This document shows, one piece after another, positions 40,917 through 51,808 of a stretch of 64,000 nt of DNA. The notes below the pieces were generated by a model. The model was not told where the DNA came from and did no database searches. It saw nothing but the letters and a program-made list of their open reading frames with translations. The position numbers and the translations under genes are program-made. Origin of the DNA: a candidate division WOR-3 bacterium (lineage in GTDB: Bacteria; Hydrothermota; 32-111). Location: contig JBDRZU010000001.1 in the NCBI GenBank assembly GCA_039804105.1, forward strand, positions 1,280,001 through 1,344,000. The letters run 5' to 3'. The first letter of the stretch is position 1; each line of letters starts with the position of its first letter.

Positions 40917-42217
40917 AATCTATACTCGTTGGTTCAGGAAGAGTTCTATATTCAATAGTAATTTTCCTATTAACTGTTGTATGTTCGAGATTATTCTCTG
41001 TTGATTTTTATGTGAATTTCAGAGAATTTATCCTTTATTTTTTAATAGGTATCAACTTAGCGGGAATACCTGCAACAAACACACTCTACTATTTTAGAGA
41101 AAGACACAATAAGAACATTTTTCAGATTTATATGATATCTTTCTTTTTCCTTTTGATTTTTTTCTTCATACTATTTTTAATTTCAAAATCGTTTTTGATC
41201 CCTTTATCTTTCATTGTTTCATTTTCTTCTATGTTTTTTCTTGTGTGTGAAGCGACATCACTTTCTTTGAGAACCCCTTTAATTTCAGTTTTTTTAAATA
41301 TTTTTGAATCTTTATCATTTTTTATTCCCATTTTTATAGTTTTTCTTTTCAAGGTTAATGAGTTTATGTTTTTTATTTATCTTTTGTTTCTTGGTTTTAT
41401 AAAAATTGTTTTCTATCTGTTATTAACATTGCTTATGAACAAAAAGAGCAAAGAATATGATAAAAATGAAATAATAAAATTTTCCTTACCATTATATTTT
41501 AATGGGATTCTGGGAAGTATATCAAAACAGATAGATAAATTCATCGTTTCGCTATTTTATTATGGTAAAAGTTTTGCTGACTATTCAACAGGTAGTTTTG
41601 AGATACCCCTTGTCGCAAGATTTTTTTCTGGTGTATTTCATGAAAGAGCGGACTATATAAAAGAAAAGATCGAAGAAAATAAAAATGGGGATTTAAAAAG
41701 AGATTTTGAAAAAATTTTAATGTATTCAGTTACCATTTTAGGGGTATTAACCTTATTTTTCTTTATAAATTCTAAAATAATAATCAGAATTTTCTTTTCG
41801 GAAAAATATGTTGAGTCCTATAAATTTTTTATGGTCTATCTCACGGTTTTACCTTTAAGGAATATTCCATTTGGTTTTTTACTTTCACTTAAAGGTAAAA
41901 ATTTTTTACTCTTTTTAATCTCACTCCTCGATTCTTTTTTGACAGTATTGTTTTCTCTGGTATTTGCAAAATTTTTCAACATATTTTTCGTTTCTTTCTC
42001 TTTTGTTATAGCAACTTTTGTTTCAGTCTTTTTGACGATTTTTTTCATCAGAGATATCTTTCCTTCAAAAGTTTTTGTTAAAAGATATTTTTTGATAATC
42101 TTTTTGCTCTTGGTTTTGATACCACTATTAAATCAATTTAATAACATTCTTTTAACCTGTATCTTTATTTTGATCTACATGATTTTAGATATTTTGTTGT
42201 TCTGGAGAAAAAGATGA
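40913..42217 (+). CDS. Polysaccharide flippase (Wzx-like)
   Basis: About 12 TM helices; FSLPL, QIDKFIVS, YSTGSFEIP. Confidence 0.7.
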
Positions 42218-42975
42218 AAATCAAAATCCTTGGTTCAGGAACATCAACGGGGGTTCCAATAATAGGTTGCTCCTGTCATGTTTGTTTGTCAGAAGATATA
42301 AGGGATAAGAGAACAAGACCAGGACTGCTAATTGTTAAGGATGATTTCAATCTTCTTATAGATGCATCGCAGGATCTCAGAGAACAGTTGCTGAAAAATA
42401 GAATCGATCGAATTGATGGTATTATCATCACACATGCACATGCTGATCATATATTTGGTCTTGATGATACAAGGATGATATCAAAAAAGTATAAGAAAAG
42501 TATGGAAATCTTTTGTACAAAAAAAGTCGAAAGAGAAATCAGAAGAGTATACGCTTATGTTTTCAACGGTTCACAGGAAGGTGGGGGAAAACCAAAATTT
42601 TCTTTTTACAATGTTGAAAATCTGAAAAATATTGGTCCATTTTCACTGAGAACTTTTGATTATTTCCATGGAAATATAAAGATGAAAGGTTTTATTCTGG
42701 ATCAACTTGTTATACTTATGGATGGTTCCTATATAGATATGAAAAATTATAGGTTAATAAAAAAATATGGTAAACATATCATAATCAATGGATTAAGAAC
42801 TCGGCCCCATCCAACACACTTTTCAATCTCCGAAGCAATTTTTTTTGTAAAATCTCTTGGGTTTGAAAGTGGATTTTTAGTCCACATATCTGATTCTCTA
42901 AAACACAAGGATATGTTAAAGATCGTTCCAGAAAATATTTTTCCAACCTATGATTGTATGGAAATCGAAATATGA
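42214..42975 (+). CDS. MBL-fold metallo-hydrolase (PhnP-like)
   Basis: LGSGTSTGVP.IGC.C.VC.S, THAHADHIFGLDD, HPTH. Confidence 0.88.
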   Translation: MKIKILGSGTSTGVPIIGCSCHVCLSEDIRDKRTRPGLLIVKDDFNLLIDASQDLREQLLKNRIDRIDGIIITHAHADHIFGLDDTRMISKKYKKSMEIFCTKKVEREIRRVYAYVFNGSQEGGGKPKFSFYNVENLKNIGPFSLRTFDYFHGNIKMKGFILDQLVILMDGSYIDMKNYRLIKKYGKHIIINGLRTRPHPTHFSISEAIFFVKSLGFESGFLVHISDSLKHKDMLKIVPENIFPTYDCMEIEI

Positions 42976-44957
42976 AAAAGTTTAAAATAGTTTCCAAATT
43001 TTCACCTTCAGATGAGCAAAAAAAAGCGATAGACAAACTTGTTGAAGGTGTTTTGAATGGTAAAAAATATCAGGTTTTACTTGGAATAACAGGTTCTGGA
43101 AAGACATTCACAATAGCAAATGTTATTGAGAGGTTAAACAAACCAACTTTGATAATCTCACACAACAAAACACTTGCAGCACAACTTTATGGTGAATTGA
43201 AAACTCTCTTTCCTGAAAACAGTGTTGAATATTTTATCTCTTATTATGATTATTATCAACCCGAAGCATATCTTCCCGATAGAGATATTTATATAGAAAA
43301 AGAGGTTGATATTAATGAGTACATTGATAAATTAAGATTAAGAGCAACTGTTTCTTTATATGAAAGACGTGATGTAATAATTGTTGCATCTGTATCCTCC
43401 ATATACACCCTTGGATCACCTTCAGATTACTATGATCAAATTTTTTCTATAAGAAGAGGTGATTTTTATGATCTTGATAGATTGATAGATAAACTCATAA
43501 CGATGCAATACCAGAGAAACGATATAGATTTTTCAAGAGGTAGATTCAGAGTGCTTGGAAACACGGTTGATATTTTTCCATCACATCTTGATATTCCAGT
43601 AAAGATAATTTTTGATGATCAAAAAATAGATGAAATATACACATTCGATAGTTTAAACAATTCAAAGATTGAAGAACTTGAGATTTTTTCTTTCTTTCCT
43701 GCAAAACATTTTGTGACATCAGATGAAAGGATAAAAAGGGCAGTTGTTTCGATAAGAAAAGAATTGAAAGAAAGAGAAAAGGAATTGAAAGAAGCGGGTA
43801 AAATACTTGAAGCAACAAGGTTAGTGTCAAGAACAAACTATGATCTTGAACTTTTGAAAGAGGTTGGCTATTGTCCAGGTATTGAAAATTACTCAAGACA
43901 TATCGATGGAAGAAAAGAAGGAGAAAGGCCTTATACTCTTATAGATTATTTCGGAGAAGATTTTTTGACTGTTATCGATGAATCACATGTGACGATTCCG
44001 CAGATAAGGGGGATGTATAATGGAGATAGAGCAAGAAAAATCAACCTTATAGAATACGGTTTCAGATTGAAATCCGCGCTCGATAACAGACCTCTAAAAC
44101 TTGAAGAATTTGAAAGAATAACCGGATCTATAATCTGTATGTCAGCAACACCCGATGAGTATGAGATAAACAAATCGAATGGGGTTGTTGAACTTGTTAT
44201 AAGACCAACAGGGCTTGTTGATCCTGAAGTTATAATTAAAAGTTCAAAAAACCAGGTAGAGGATCTTATAGATAATATAAAAGAGGTTGTTGAAAGAAAT
44301 GAGAGAGTTCTGGTAACAACATTGACAAAAAAGATGGCTGAATCACTTGCAAAATATCTTGAAGAGAAAGGTATAAGGGTAAAATATATGCATTCTGAGA
44401 TAGATTCGATTGAAAGAGTTAGTATAATAAGAGGTTTAAGGTTGAAAGATTTCGATGTACTTGTAGGAATAAATCTTTTAAGAGAGGGCCTCGATTTACC
44501 AGAGGTCTCACTTGTAGCAATACTTGATGCTGATAAAGAGGGTTTTTTAAGATCTGAAACTTCCTTGATACAAACGATAGGAAGAGCATCAAGAAATGTT
44601 AACGGTAAAGTTATACTTTATGCTGATAGATTAACAGAAAGTATGAAAAAGGCGGTTGAGATAACTAATAGGAGAAGAGAAAAGCAGATACTTTACAACA
44701 AAGAACACAATATAACTCCAAAAACGATATCAAAAGAGGTAGAGGATATACTTGTTATCACAGATATAGCGTCATCTTTTACAAAAGAAATTGAAAATCA
44801 GATTGATGAGGATTATAAACAATTATCAACTGTGGAGAAGATAGATCTTATTGAAAAACTGACTCAAAGGATGCACAAATTCGCTGCTGAACTTGAATTT
44901 GAAAAAGCAGCAAAATTAAGGGATAAAATAAAAGAGATAAAAAAAAGTATCGATTAA
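42972..44957 (+). CDS. uvrB: Excinuclease ABC subunit B
   Basis: LGITGSGKT, HNKTLAAQL, YYDYYQPEAY, DESH, GINLLREGLD, C-terminal UVR motif. Confidence 0.97.
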   Translation: MKKFKIVSKFSPSDEQKKAIDKLVEGVLNGKKYQVLLGITGSGKTFTIANVIERLNKPTLIISHNKTLAAQLYGELKTLFPENSVEYFISYYDYYQPEAYLPDRDIYIEKEVDINEYIDKLRLRATVSLYERRDVIIVASVSSIYTLGSPSDYYDQIFSIRRGDFYDLDRLIDKLITMQYQRNDIDFSRGRFRVLGNTVDIFPSHLDIPVKIIFDDQKIDEIYTFDSLNNSKIEELEIFSFFPAKHFVTSDERIKRAVVSIRKELKEREKELKEAGKILEATRLVSRTNYDLELLKEVGYCPGIENYSRHIDGRKEGERPYTLIDYFGEDFLTVIDESHVTIPQIRGMYNGDRARKINLIEYGFRLKSALDNRPLKLEEFERITGSIICMSATPDEYEINKSNGVVELVIRPTGLVDPEVIIKSSKNQVEDLIDNIKEVVERNERVLVTTLTKKMAESLAKYLEEKGIRVKYMHSEIDSIERVSIIRGLRLKDFDVLVGINLLREGLDLPEVSLVAILDADKEGFLRSETSLIQTIGRASRNVNGKVILYADRLTESMKKAVEITNRRREKQILYNKEHNITPKTISKEVEDILVITDIASSFTKEIENQIDEDYKQLSTVEKIDLIEKLTQRMHKFAAELEFEKAAKLRDKIKEIKKSID

Positions 44958-45964
44958 CGATCTTTGTTTGTTATAAAATTCAGAAATCTAATAACTCCAC
45001 TTACGAGAATATTGTCAACACTTTCTCCGACACAAGGGAAAAAGCACCTATCACATTTTGAAAGTTTTTTTATATTGTATTCGTAAATGTTTTTATCTTT
45101 CAATTCTGTAAATCCATCAGAAAAAATATTTCCGTAACTTTTCATATCTTCAATAAAGCGAGGTTCACAGGGGTTTATCGTTCCATCGTTTTCTATCTGA
45201 ATTGAAATTTTTGCTTTATTACAGATATAAGGTGAATTATCTCTCATGATTTTCAATGCTTTTATAGAATTGTTAACAGGATAACCTGTTTTCTTATAGA
45301 ATATTATTCTATTAAAAACCTCATACCTTTCTTTTTTATCAAGTATTATATTTTCGTTGTAATCCGAAAATATATTTGAGGGAAAAAATTCTACAACTAT
45401 TCCATACTTTTTTGCAAACCGTAACACATCTAAAGTATCATCCTTATTGATTCTGTTAATATGTGACCAGATTTTTAATCTTACATTTTTTTGATTTTTG
45501 AAAAGTTCAATTCCTTCGACAATTTTTTCAAAAAGTTTTGGAGTTCTTCTTGTTTTGTTATGTTTTTCTCCAGTTGATTCTAAAGAAATTATTATTATAT
45601 CAATGTTGTCTTTAATATCATCATATCTTTCTTTTAAAAGATATCCTGAGGTGCACATGCTTGTTTTGTATCCAATATTTTTTGCGGTTTTGAGAAAATA
45701 ACCGAGGTCTTTTACAAGTAAAGGTTCTCCACCCCATAAAACATAGGTTGAAAATCCCATTTCCCAACCATTTTTCAAAATCTCACTTATTTTTTCTTTA
45801 GAAATAATAATTTCTTTCGGATCAGAATTTTTCCAGAAATCACAGAATTCGCATCTGCAATTGCAGGATAATGTTGGTTTATGATAAAGAATAAAAGGTC
45901 TTTTCTTTATGATAGAACTTATCGTTTTTATATAATATTTTATTCCTATATTTTGATCAAACAT
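44954..45964 (-). CDS. Radical SAM protein with a SPASM/twitch-like C-terminus
   Basis: CNCRCEFC, GGEPLL, C..A......DG.I.PC, C.RC..PC. Confidence 0.85.
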   Translation of the reverse strand: MFDQNIGIKYYIKTISSIIKKRPFILYHKPTLSCNCRCEFCDFWKNSDPKEIIISKEKISEILKNGWEMGFSTYVLWGGEPLLVKDLGYFLKTAKNIGYKTSMCTSGYLLKERYDDIKDNIDIIIISLESTGEKHNKTRRTPKLFEKIVEGIELFKNQKNVRLKIWSHINRINKDDTLDVLRFAKKYGIVVEFFPSNIFSDYNENIILDKKERYEVFNRIIFYKKTGYPVNNSIKALKIMRDNSPYICNKAKISIQIENDGTINPCEPRFIEDMKSYGNIFSDGFTELKDKNIYEYNIKKLSKCDRCFFPCVGESVDNILVSGVIRFLNFITNKDR

Positions 45965-46044
45965 ATATTGATTATATTTGTTTGAAGAAAGTTTATCAAT
46001 AGTTGAACACTTGATTTTTGTTAAGGCAGGTTTATTATAAAATT

Positions 46045-48210
46045 ATGAAAACAAAAATTTTATTTTTTATTATTCTTGTTATCTTTATAAAGTCTTTTGC
46101 GGAAATAAGGATTCTTGTTGATAAGAACGATTTTGATCTTCTGAAAAAAGATTTGAAATCTATCGATATAATAGGATTTGAAAAGGATAAAAATTATCTT
46201 CTTAATCTTACAGATGAAGATTTAAAAATAGTTAACAGTTTGAATTTAAAGTATAAAATCTATGAACCTAAAAGTTACAAAATCGATTATAAAAGTTTAG
46301 CAGGATATTTTTCCTATATAGATTCTTTAGTTTTAAAATTCCAAAACATAGTAAAACTTGAAACTCTTGGTTTCACTTTCAACAACAATCCTCTTGTGAT
46401 CTTAAAAATCAATGGAATAGATGCTTCCAACTACTCAGGACAGAACACTTTTCTGTTGATGGCTTTACATCATGCAAGAGAATGGCAAACAACAGTTACA
46501 GCAATATTTTTTGCAGAATCTTTACTTGCTTCTTATGGAAAGGATAGTTTGATAACGGAACTTATAGATAAAAATTTTATAATAATATTTCCTATAGTTA
46601 ACCCCGATGGATACTATTATTCACACGATGATCCTTCAGGTGATAATTACTGGAGAAAGAACAGAACATATAGAAATGGTTATTATGGAGTTGATCTGAA
46701 TAGAAACTATGGGGGAGCATGTAATCGAATAATTCAGAGTGATTGGGGTTATCCATCAGGTATAACACATAACCCTTCTGATCTTTATACATACTGTGGA
46801 CCCTATCCATCGAGTGAAATTGAGGTCAGATGTGTTGAGGATATTGTAAAAAACTATAATGTGAAAATTTCTTTGTCACTTCACTCCTATGGAGAAGATA
46901 TTCTTTATCCATGGACTTCCGTTTACAACTTTACTCTCGATGAACATATAATAACAGATTTTGCTTACAGGATAGCATCCAGAATGAAAAAAAATAGTGG
47001 AGAACCTTATGATACTTTAAGGTCTGCTGCTTTATATGCAACAACAGGTGATACTGATGATTGGATCTATGGGTTTTCAAAATTTGTTAAAGGTAAAACA
47101 ACGATTCCTTTTACTGTTGAAATGGATAACACTTTTCAGCCACCCGCATCAACCCTTGATATTTTATGCAGAAATGTTTTCCCTGGTTTTTTGGAAGGAT
47201 TAATTTTAACTGACAGTGTTGAGGAAAAAACCGAAGAGATACCTTTAAAACCTAAAGTCGAAATCGTTTCGGATTCCCTTTTTTGGACACTTCAAAATGG
47301 TGAATTTTCAGATTTTTATAGAGTAAAAATATATTCAGGAATGGAAAAATTAATTGATAGTTTAAACGATCCTGATCTTTATAACTTGATAAACATAAAT
47401 ATCGATTCGTCAGTATACTATTCTCCAAAATACTCTTTCCATCCAAAAAATCTTAACAGCTCGTTTTCGATAATAGAGGGCAAATATAAAAAACAATATT
47501 TCACAAACGATACATTTTATATGATGTTAAGATATGACCTTGAAAAGGATTATGATGTGCTGCTTGTAGAATATTCAACAGATGGGTTCGAGTATCACCC
47601 GATAGATACAAATTTTTACAAGTTTACTGGAACGAATCTGAACTGGAACCTTTTGAAAATTCCTTTTAAAGGGGATACAAACTATATATTTTTAAGAATC
47701 AGAACACTCTTTGATCCATTCACTTTAAACAGTGGTGTCTGGATTGACAATATTGGTTATCTGACCTCATTTAAAAGTGATTCGATATTTAAAGATTCTA
47801 TTGTTGACACAACGATGTTGATTGAGATCCCAACAGTTGTTCAGACGCATAAGAATTTTTTTGAAGTTATTCCCCATAAAAATAATTTCGGTTTTACAGT
47901 TTCTTCAGATTATATAGAATATTATTTTCCTCTATCTTTACCACCGATTTTTCTTGATAGTTTAAAAGTTGAGGATTACAGTATCGAATTTGATTTTAAA
48001 GAAAAACAACTAATTTTAAAATCTCTGCTTACAAAGAGAAAAGATCTATTGTTGAAAATATACGATCTGAGTGGAAAAAGGATTTACTTTGAAAAATTTT
48101 CTTTTGAAAAAGAAAAGAAGATCGATTTAAAATTTTTGAAGAGTGGAAGATATTTCTTGCTTTTTGAAGGCAAAGACAGAAAAAAATATTCGGTTTTGAT
48201 TTTAAAATGA
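46045..48210 (+). CDS. Secreted M14 zinc carboxypeptidase with a T9SS-like CTD (paralog of 11689-13854)
   Basis: HHAREWQT, NPDGYYYS, WRKNRT, GVDLNRNY, SLHSY; CTD IYDLSGK...LKSGRYF. Confidence 0.87.
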   Translation: MKTKILFFIILVIFIKSFAEIRILVDKNDFDLLKKDLKSIDIIGFEKDKNYLLNLTDEDLKIVNSLNLKYKIYEPKSYKIDYKSLAGYFSYIDSLVLKFQNIVKLETLGFTFNNNPLVILKINGIDASNYSGQNTFLLMALHHAREWQTTVTAIFFAESLLASYGKDSLITELIDKNFIIIFPIVNPDGYYYSHDDPSGDNYWRKNRTYRNGYYGVDLNRNYGGACNRIIQSDWGYPSGITHNPSDLYTYCGPYPSSEIEVRCVEDIVKNYNVKISLSLHSYGEDILYPWTSVYNFTLDEHIITDFAYRIASRMKKNSGEPYDTLRSAALYATTGDTDDWIYGFSKFVKGKTTIPFTVEMDNTFQPPASTLDILCRNVFPGFLEGLILTDSVEEKTEEIPLKPKVEIVSDSLFWTLQNGEFSDFYRVKIYSGMEKLIDSLNDPDLYNLININIDSSVYYSPKYSFHPKNLNSSFSIIEGKYKKQYFTNDTFYMMLRYDLEKDYDVLLVEYSTDGFEYHPIDTNFYKFTGTNLNWNLLKIPFKGDTNYIFLRIRTLFDPFTLNSGVWIDNIGYLTSFKSDSIFKDSIVDTTMLIEIPTVVQTHKNFFEVIPHKNNFGFTVSSDYIEYYFPLSLPPIFLDSLKVEDYSIEFDFKEKQLILKSLLTKRKDLLLKIYDLSGKRIYFEKFSFEKEKKIDLKFLKSGRYFLLFEGKDRKKYSVLILK

Positions 48211-49097
48211 AAGAGGAAGTTCTTGAATTTCTTGAATATCTGAAAAGCAATAAAGGATATTCTGAAAATACCATAAAGTCTTATGAAGATGATCTTGATC
48301 AATTCATTTATTTTCTAAAGGAAAATCAAATAAACGATTTTAAATCGGTAAAAAGGAACGATATAAGAAGTTTCATAACTTTTCTTATCGAATCAAAACT
48401 TTCAAAACGGTCCATCACAAGAAAAATATCGACACTAAAAACATTTTTCAAATTTTTGAAACATAAAGAGATAATAGAAAATGATCCAATGGCTTTCTAT
48501 AAAGGGCTAAAGTCTGAAAAAAAATTGCCGCAGACACTTTCTGTTGCTATTGTTTCAAAATTTCTGGATTCATTTAAAGATGATGATTTTCTGGAGTTAA
48601 GGGATCACCTTATTTTTGAAATCCTTTACGGCTGTGGCACAAGATCGAATGAACTTATAAACATTGAAGATAAAGATATTGACCTTGAAAATAGGATAAT
48701 AAGAATAGAGAAGGGGAAAGGGGATAAAGAAAGAATAGTTCCGTTTAACAATAAAATAAAAGAGTTGATCATAAAATATATACCTTTAAGGGATAAAATC
48801 AGAAGACAAGAGTGTAAAACACTTTTGATTTCAAGAAATGGGAAAAAACTTGATAATAGTATAATCAGGAAAATTGTAAAAAAAAGAATCAAAAATTTTG
48901 CTGAAATATCGAACATTTCTCCACACACTTTAAGACATTCTTTTGCCACACATCTTTTAAATGGTGGAGCTGATATCAGGTTTGTTCAGGAACTTCTTGG
49001 GCATTCTTCGATAGGAACTACACAAATATATACGCATACATCAGTTGAAAGATTGATAGATGTTTACAACGATTGTTTTAAAAGAAATGATCAATAA
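48207..49097 (+). CDS. xerC: Tyrosine recombinase XerC/XerD
   Basis: SENTIKSY, GTRSNEL, GKGDKERIVP, SPHTLRHSFATHLL.GGADIR.VQELLGH.S..TTQIYTH. Confidence 0.85.
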   Translation: MKEEVLEFLEYLKSNKGYSENTIKSYEDDLDQFIYFLKENQINDFKSVKRNDIRSFITFLIESKLSKRSITRKISTLKTFFKFLKHKEIIENDPMAFYKGLKSEKKLPQTLSVAIVSKFLDSFKDDDFLELRDHLIFEILYGCGTRSNELINIEDKDIDLENRIIRIEKGKGDKERIVPFNNKIKELIIKYIPLRDKIRRQECKTLLISRNGKKLDNSIIRKIVKKRIKNFAEISNISPHTLRHSFATHLLNGGADIRFVQELLGHSSIGTTQIYTHTSVERLIDVYNDCFKRNDQ

Positions 49098-49987
49098 CTT
49101 TTTCCGTTATCGATAAGATTTTTGGATATACCAATTTTTAGATTTTTCAAAGAATTTTTGTTGTAAAAAAATTGAACAGAATCAGTTTTCGAGAAACCTA
49201 TCTCTTCAGGTTTTTCCCCATTATATAATCTTATAGCAAGGTTTCCACAGAGGTATCCGTGATATGACGGGTCTGGTGAGATCGCAAAGGTTGCTCCGTT
49301 TTTTACAAAGGTTGAATATGGAGCGATTATTGGGATATTTTCGCTTTTTGAAATTTTTAGAAGATTTTCAAATCCTTCCTTAGAGGTTATAAGTTTGTCT
49401 TTACCAAGCCATAATGCCTTTATCCCCACAGTTTTTAAAAGTTTGAAAGTTAAAGGAAGATCATCTAAACTTGAAATATTACCAAGTTCAACAAATAACC
49501 CTTCCTCTTCTGCGATGGTTTTAAACTTTTTTGCATATTCTAAAGAATTATCAACTGAAAAAATTAAACCCAAAGAATCATAGAGAGGCATATTATTTTT
49601 CATCCAGGAAAAAATAGTTTTTTCATTAAGATCAAAGATAACACCACACACATTTTTTTTATTTTTAATGTTATTTGGAACACTTGTAACCATAGACACT
49701 ATAAGAGGAATTGAATCTATCTTTTCTGCGATCTCTTTTACTGCAAAATAACCAACAAGAAGGGCAGTTGATGGTTTCTCATTTTTTATCTTTTCCACAA
49801 TAAAATCAACATTTTTTTGCTCGTTGTTCAAGTTGAAATACACAAGATCATATTCGGCTCTTTCTTTAAAAGAATAAAGCATTGGAGAATATATTTCGTT
49901 ATCCTCAGATTGGATTATATATATATTAAATGAGAAGATTTTTAGGAATAAAAATATTAGAAACAAAAATACACTAATTTTTTTCAT
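49091..49987 (-). CDS. ABC transporter substrate-binding-like protein
   Basis: Signal peptide; IPIIA.....VKNGA.FA, G...G.LA..L..G..P, YN......L.I pattern. Confidence 0.65.
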   Translation of the reverse strand: MKKISVFLFLIFLFLKIFSFNIYIIQSEDNEIYSPMLYSFKERAEYDLVYFNLNNEQKNVDFIVEKIKNEKPSTALLVGYFAVKEIAEKIDSIPLIVSMVTSVPNNIKNKKNVCGVIFDLNEKTIFSWMKNNMPLYDSLGLIFSVDNSLEYAKKFKTIAEEEGLFVELGNISSLDDLPLTFKLLKTVGIKALWLGKDKLITSKEGFENLLKISKSENIPIIAPYSTFVKNGATFAISPDPSYHGYLCGNLAIRLYNGEKPEEIGFSKTDSVQFFYNKNSLKNLKIGISKNLIDNGKSY

Positions 49988-51260
49988 AAATGATGCCTTT
50001 TTTACCAATATCTGTCCTATAAAAAGTGTTATCGATATTTATTTTTTTAATATTAGTGTAAACTCTTTCAATCGATTTTTCAAGGGTGGTGTCAAACGAA
50101 GTTATATTTAAAATTCTTCCTCCCGTATTTTCATAAATATTGTTTTCAATCTCCTTTGATGAAGCATGGAAAAGTATTGTTTTATTATCAAAAATTTTTT
50201 CATCGATTGAAAATTTGATTCCCTTTTTGTAGTCGTCAGGGTAACCTTTTGCTGCTATTACAACAGTTGTAGCATAAAAATTGTTTAATTTGATATCTTT
50301 TGTTTTCAATTCACCTGATGCTATTTCAAGCATTATATCGTAAAGGGAAGAGTCCAATAAAGGAATTATCGATTGTGTTTCTGGATCACCGAATCTTGCA
50401 TTGAATTCAACAACAAATATGTCACTACCGCTCACCATAAGGCCAGCATACAATAGTCCCTTGAATGGCTTTCCTTCTTTTCTTAGTGCATAAAGAATAG
50501 GATCAACAATTTTTTCAACACTTTTATCAACGAGTTTTTGATTAAGAAGTTTGCATGGAGCATAGGAACCCATACCTCCGGTGTTTGGTCCACTATCGTT
50601 ATCAAAAGCTTTTTTATGATCCTGGGCAGGGGGAAGAAGTAAAAATTTTTCCCCATCTGTTAAAATAAAAAGTGAACATTCATCACCTGATAAGAACTCT
50701 TCAAAAACCAATCTTTTGGCAGCTTCTTTAAAAATGTTTCTATGATAAATATCTTCCAGAGCTTTATTGAAATCATCATCATTTTTAATTATCAAAGCAC
50801 CTTTTCCTCCTGCAAGTCCTGAAACCTTGATAACGAATGGAAATGAAAATTTTCTTTTAAAATCTTTTGTTTCTTCAAGAGAGTTTGAAATCTCATACCT
50901 TGCTGTTGGAACATTGTATTTCTTCATCAGATTTTTAGCAAACGACTTATCGGTTTCAATCTTTGCGCTCTCCTTTGATGGTCCAAAAACTTTTATTCCT
51001 TTTGATTCTAAAATGTCTACCGCCCCTTCATCCAAAAATTTTTCTGGTCCTATAACAACCATCTGTATATCTTTTTCTTTAACAAATTCTGCAAGATCTT
51101 CGTAAAAATTTGATTTTGAAAATTCGGGAGATTTCAAAGAATAACTTGCTATTGTTGGGTTTGGATCGTATGAGTAAACGAGTGCTTTATCTCTGTTCAA
51201 CTTATAACAAAGAGCTGATTCCCTTCCACCATTTCCAAGTAAAAAGAGATTTCTTTTCAT
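49974..51260 (-). CDS. purD: Phosphoribosylamine-glycine ligase
   Basis: GNGGRE, GPE, GLAGGKG, QDHK...D.D.GPNTGGMG, EFNARFGDPE. Confidence 0.95.
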   Translation of the reverse strand: MKRNLFLLGNGGRESALCYKLNRDKALVYSYDPNPTIASYSLKSPEFSKSNFYEDLAEFVKEKDIQMVVIGPEKFLDEGAVDILESKGIKVFGPSKESAKIETDKSFAKNLMKKYNVPTARYEISNSLEETKDFKRKFSFPFVIKVSGLAGGKGALIIKNDDDFNKALEDIYHRNIFKEAAKRLVFEEFLSGDECSLFILTDGEKFLLLPPAQDHKKAFDNDSGPNTGGMGSYAPCKLLNQKLVDKSVEKIVDPILYALRKEGKPFKGLLYAGLMVSGSDIFVVEFNARFGDPETQSIIPLLDSSLYDIMLEIASGELKTKDIKLNNFYATTVVIAAKGYPDDYKKGIKFSIDEKIFDNKTILFHASSKEIENNIYENTGGRILNITSFDTTLEKSIERVYTNIKKINIDNTFYRTDIGKKGIIYEKN

Positions 51261-51808
51261 AGATTAAAGTCCTCTTCAGAGAATATTTCGGCTTGAAACT
51301 TATAAATCTGTGTATCTTTTTCTTTATAGCAATCAGGATAAAGCCCTGCCTTTAAACAGGTTTGTTTCAAAAATTGTTCTCTATCATAGCCCCATTCGGT
51401 TGCAACCTGGGGAAGCAATAAACCACTTCGAAAACCTTTTTTAACAAGTAGCCCATCTTTTCCCACAGTTATATCTTTTAGATCTTGAACTTTTTGAAGT
51501 GGAGTTAAAACAGAAATTTCGATCTTTACTCTTTCAAATTCCTCAAGAGTCAAAGGATAAAATCTCGGATCGTTAAATGCTGCTTCTATAGCCATCTGTG
51601 AAACTGCTTTATAAAGTTCCATAACAGGTTGAATATAACCTATACATCCTCTCAAATCGCCATCGATTTTCAATGTTACAAAACATCCAGATTTCTTTTT
51701 CAATTCCTCGCTTTCCGGTTCAGTTAAAATTAAACTTTCACCATTCAATTCTTTAAGGATCGTTTGCCTTGCGAGTTTTAAAAGATAAATTTTATCTTTG
51801 TTATCCAT
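51257..51808 (-). CDS. amrA: AmmeMemoRadiSam system protein A (AMMECR1 family)
   Basis: GCFVTL, LRGCIG, AAFNDPRF, EISVL, GLLLPQVA, C.KAG. Confidence 0.9.
   Translation of the reverse strand: MDNKDKIYLLKLARQTILKELNGESLILTEPESEELKKKSGCFVTLKIDGDLRGCIGYIQPVMELYKAVSQMAIEAAFNDPRFYPLTLEEFERVKIEISVLTPLQKVQDLKDITVGKDGLLVKKGFRSGLLLPQVATEWGYDREQFLKQTCLKAGLYPDCYKEKDTQIYKFQAEIFSEEDFNL

Noticed and set aside
48207..49097. XerC as the array's recombinase, or a prophage/island integrase
   Set aside because: It looks like a housekeeping Xer in core context 37 kb away, and the repeat has no dif-like 11-6-11 inverted structure. Action in trans cannot be formally excluded.
49091..49097. Switch from mostly + to all - strand genes next to xerC as a replication terminus
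   Set aside because: I found no dif-like site by eye and did not compute skew; two convergent operons explain it.
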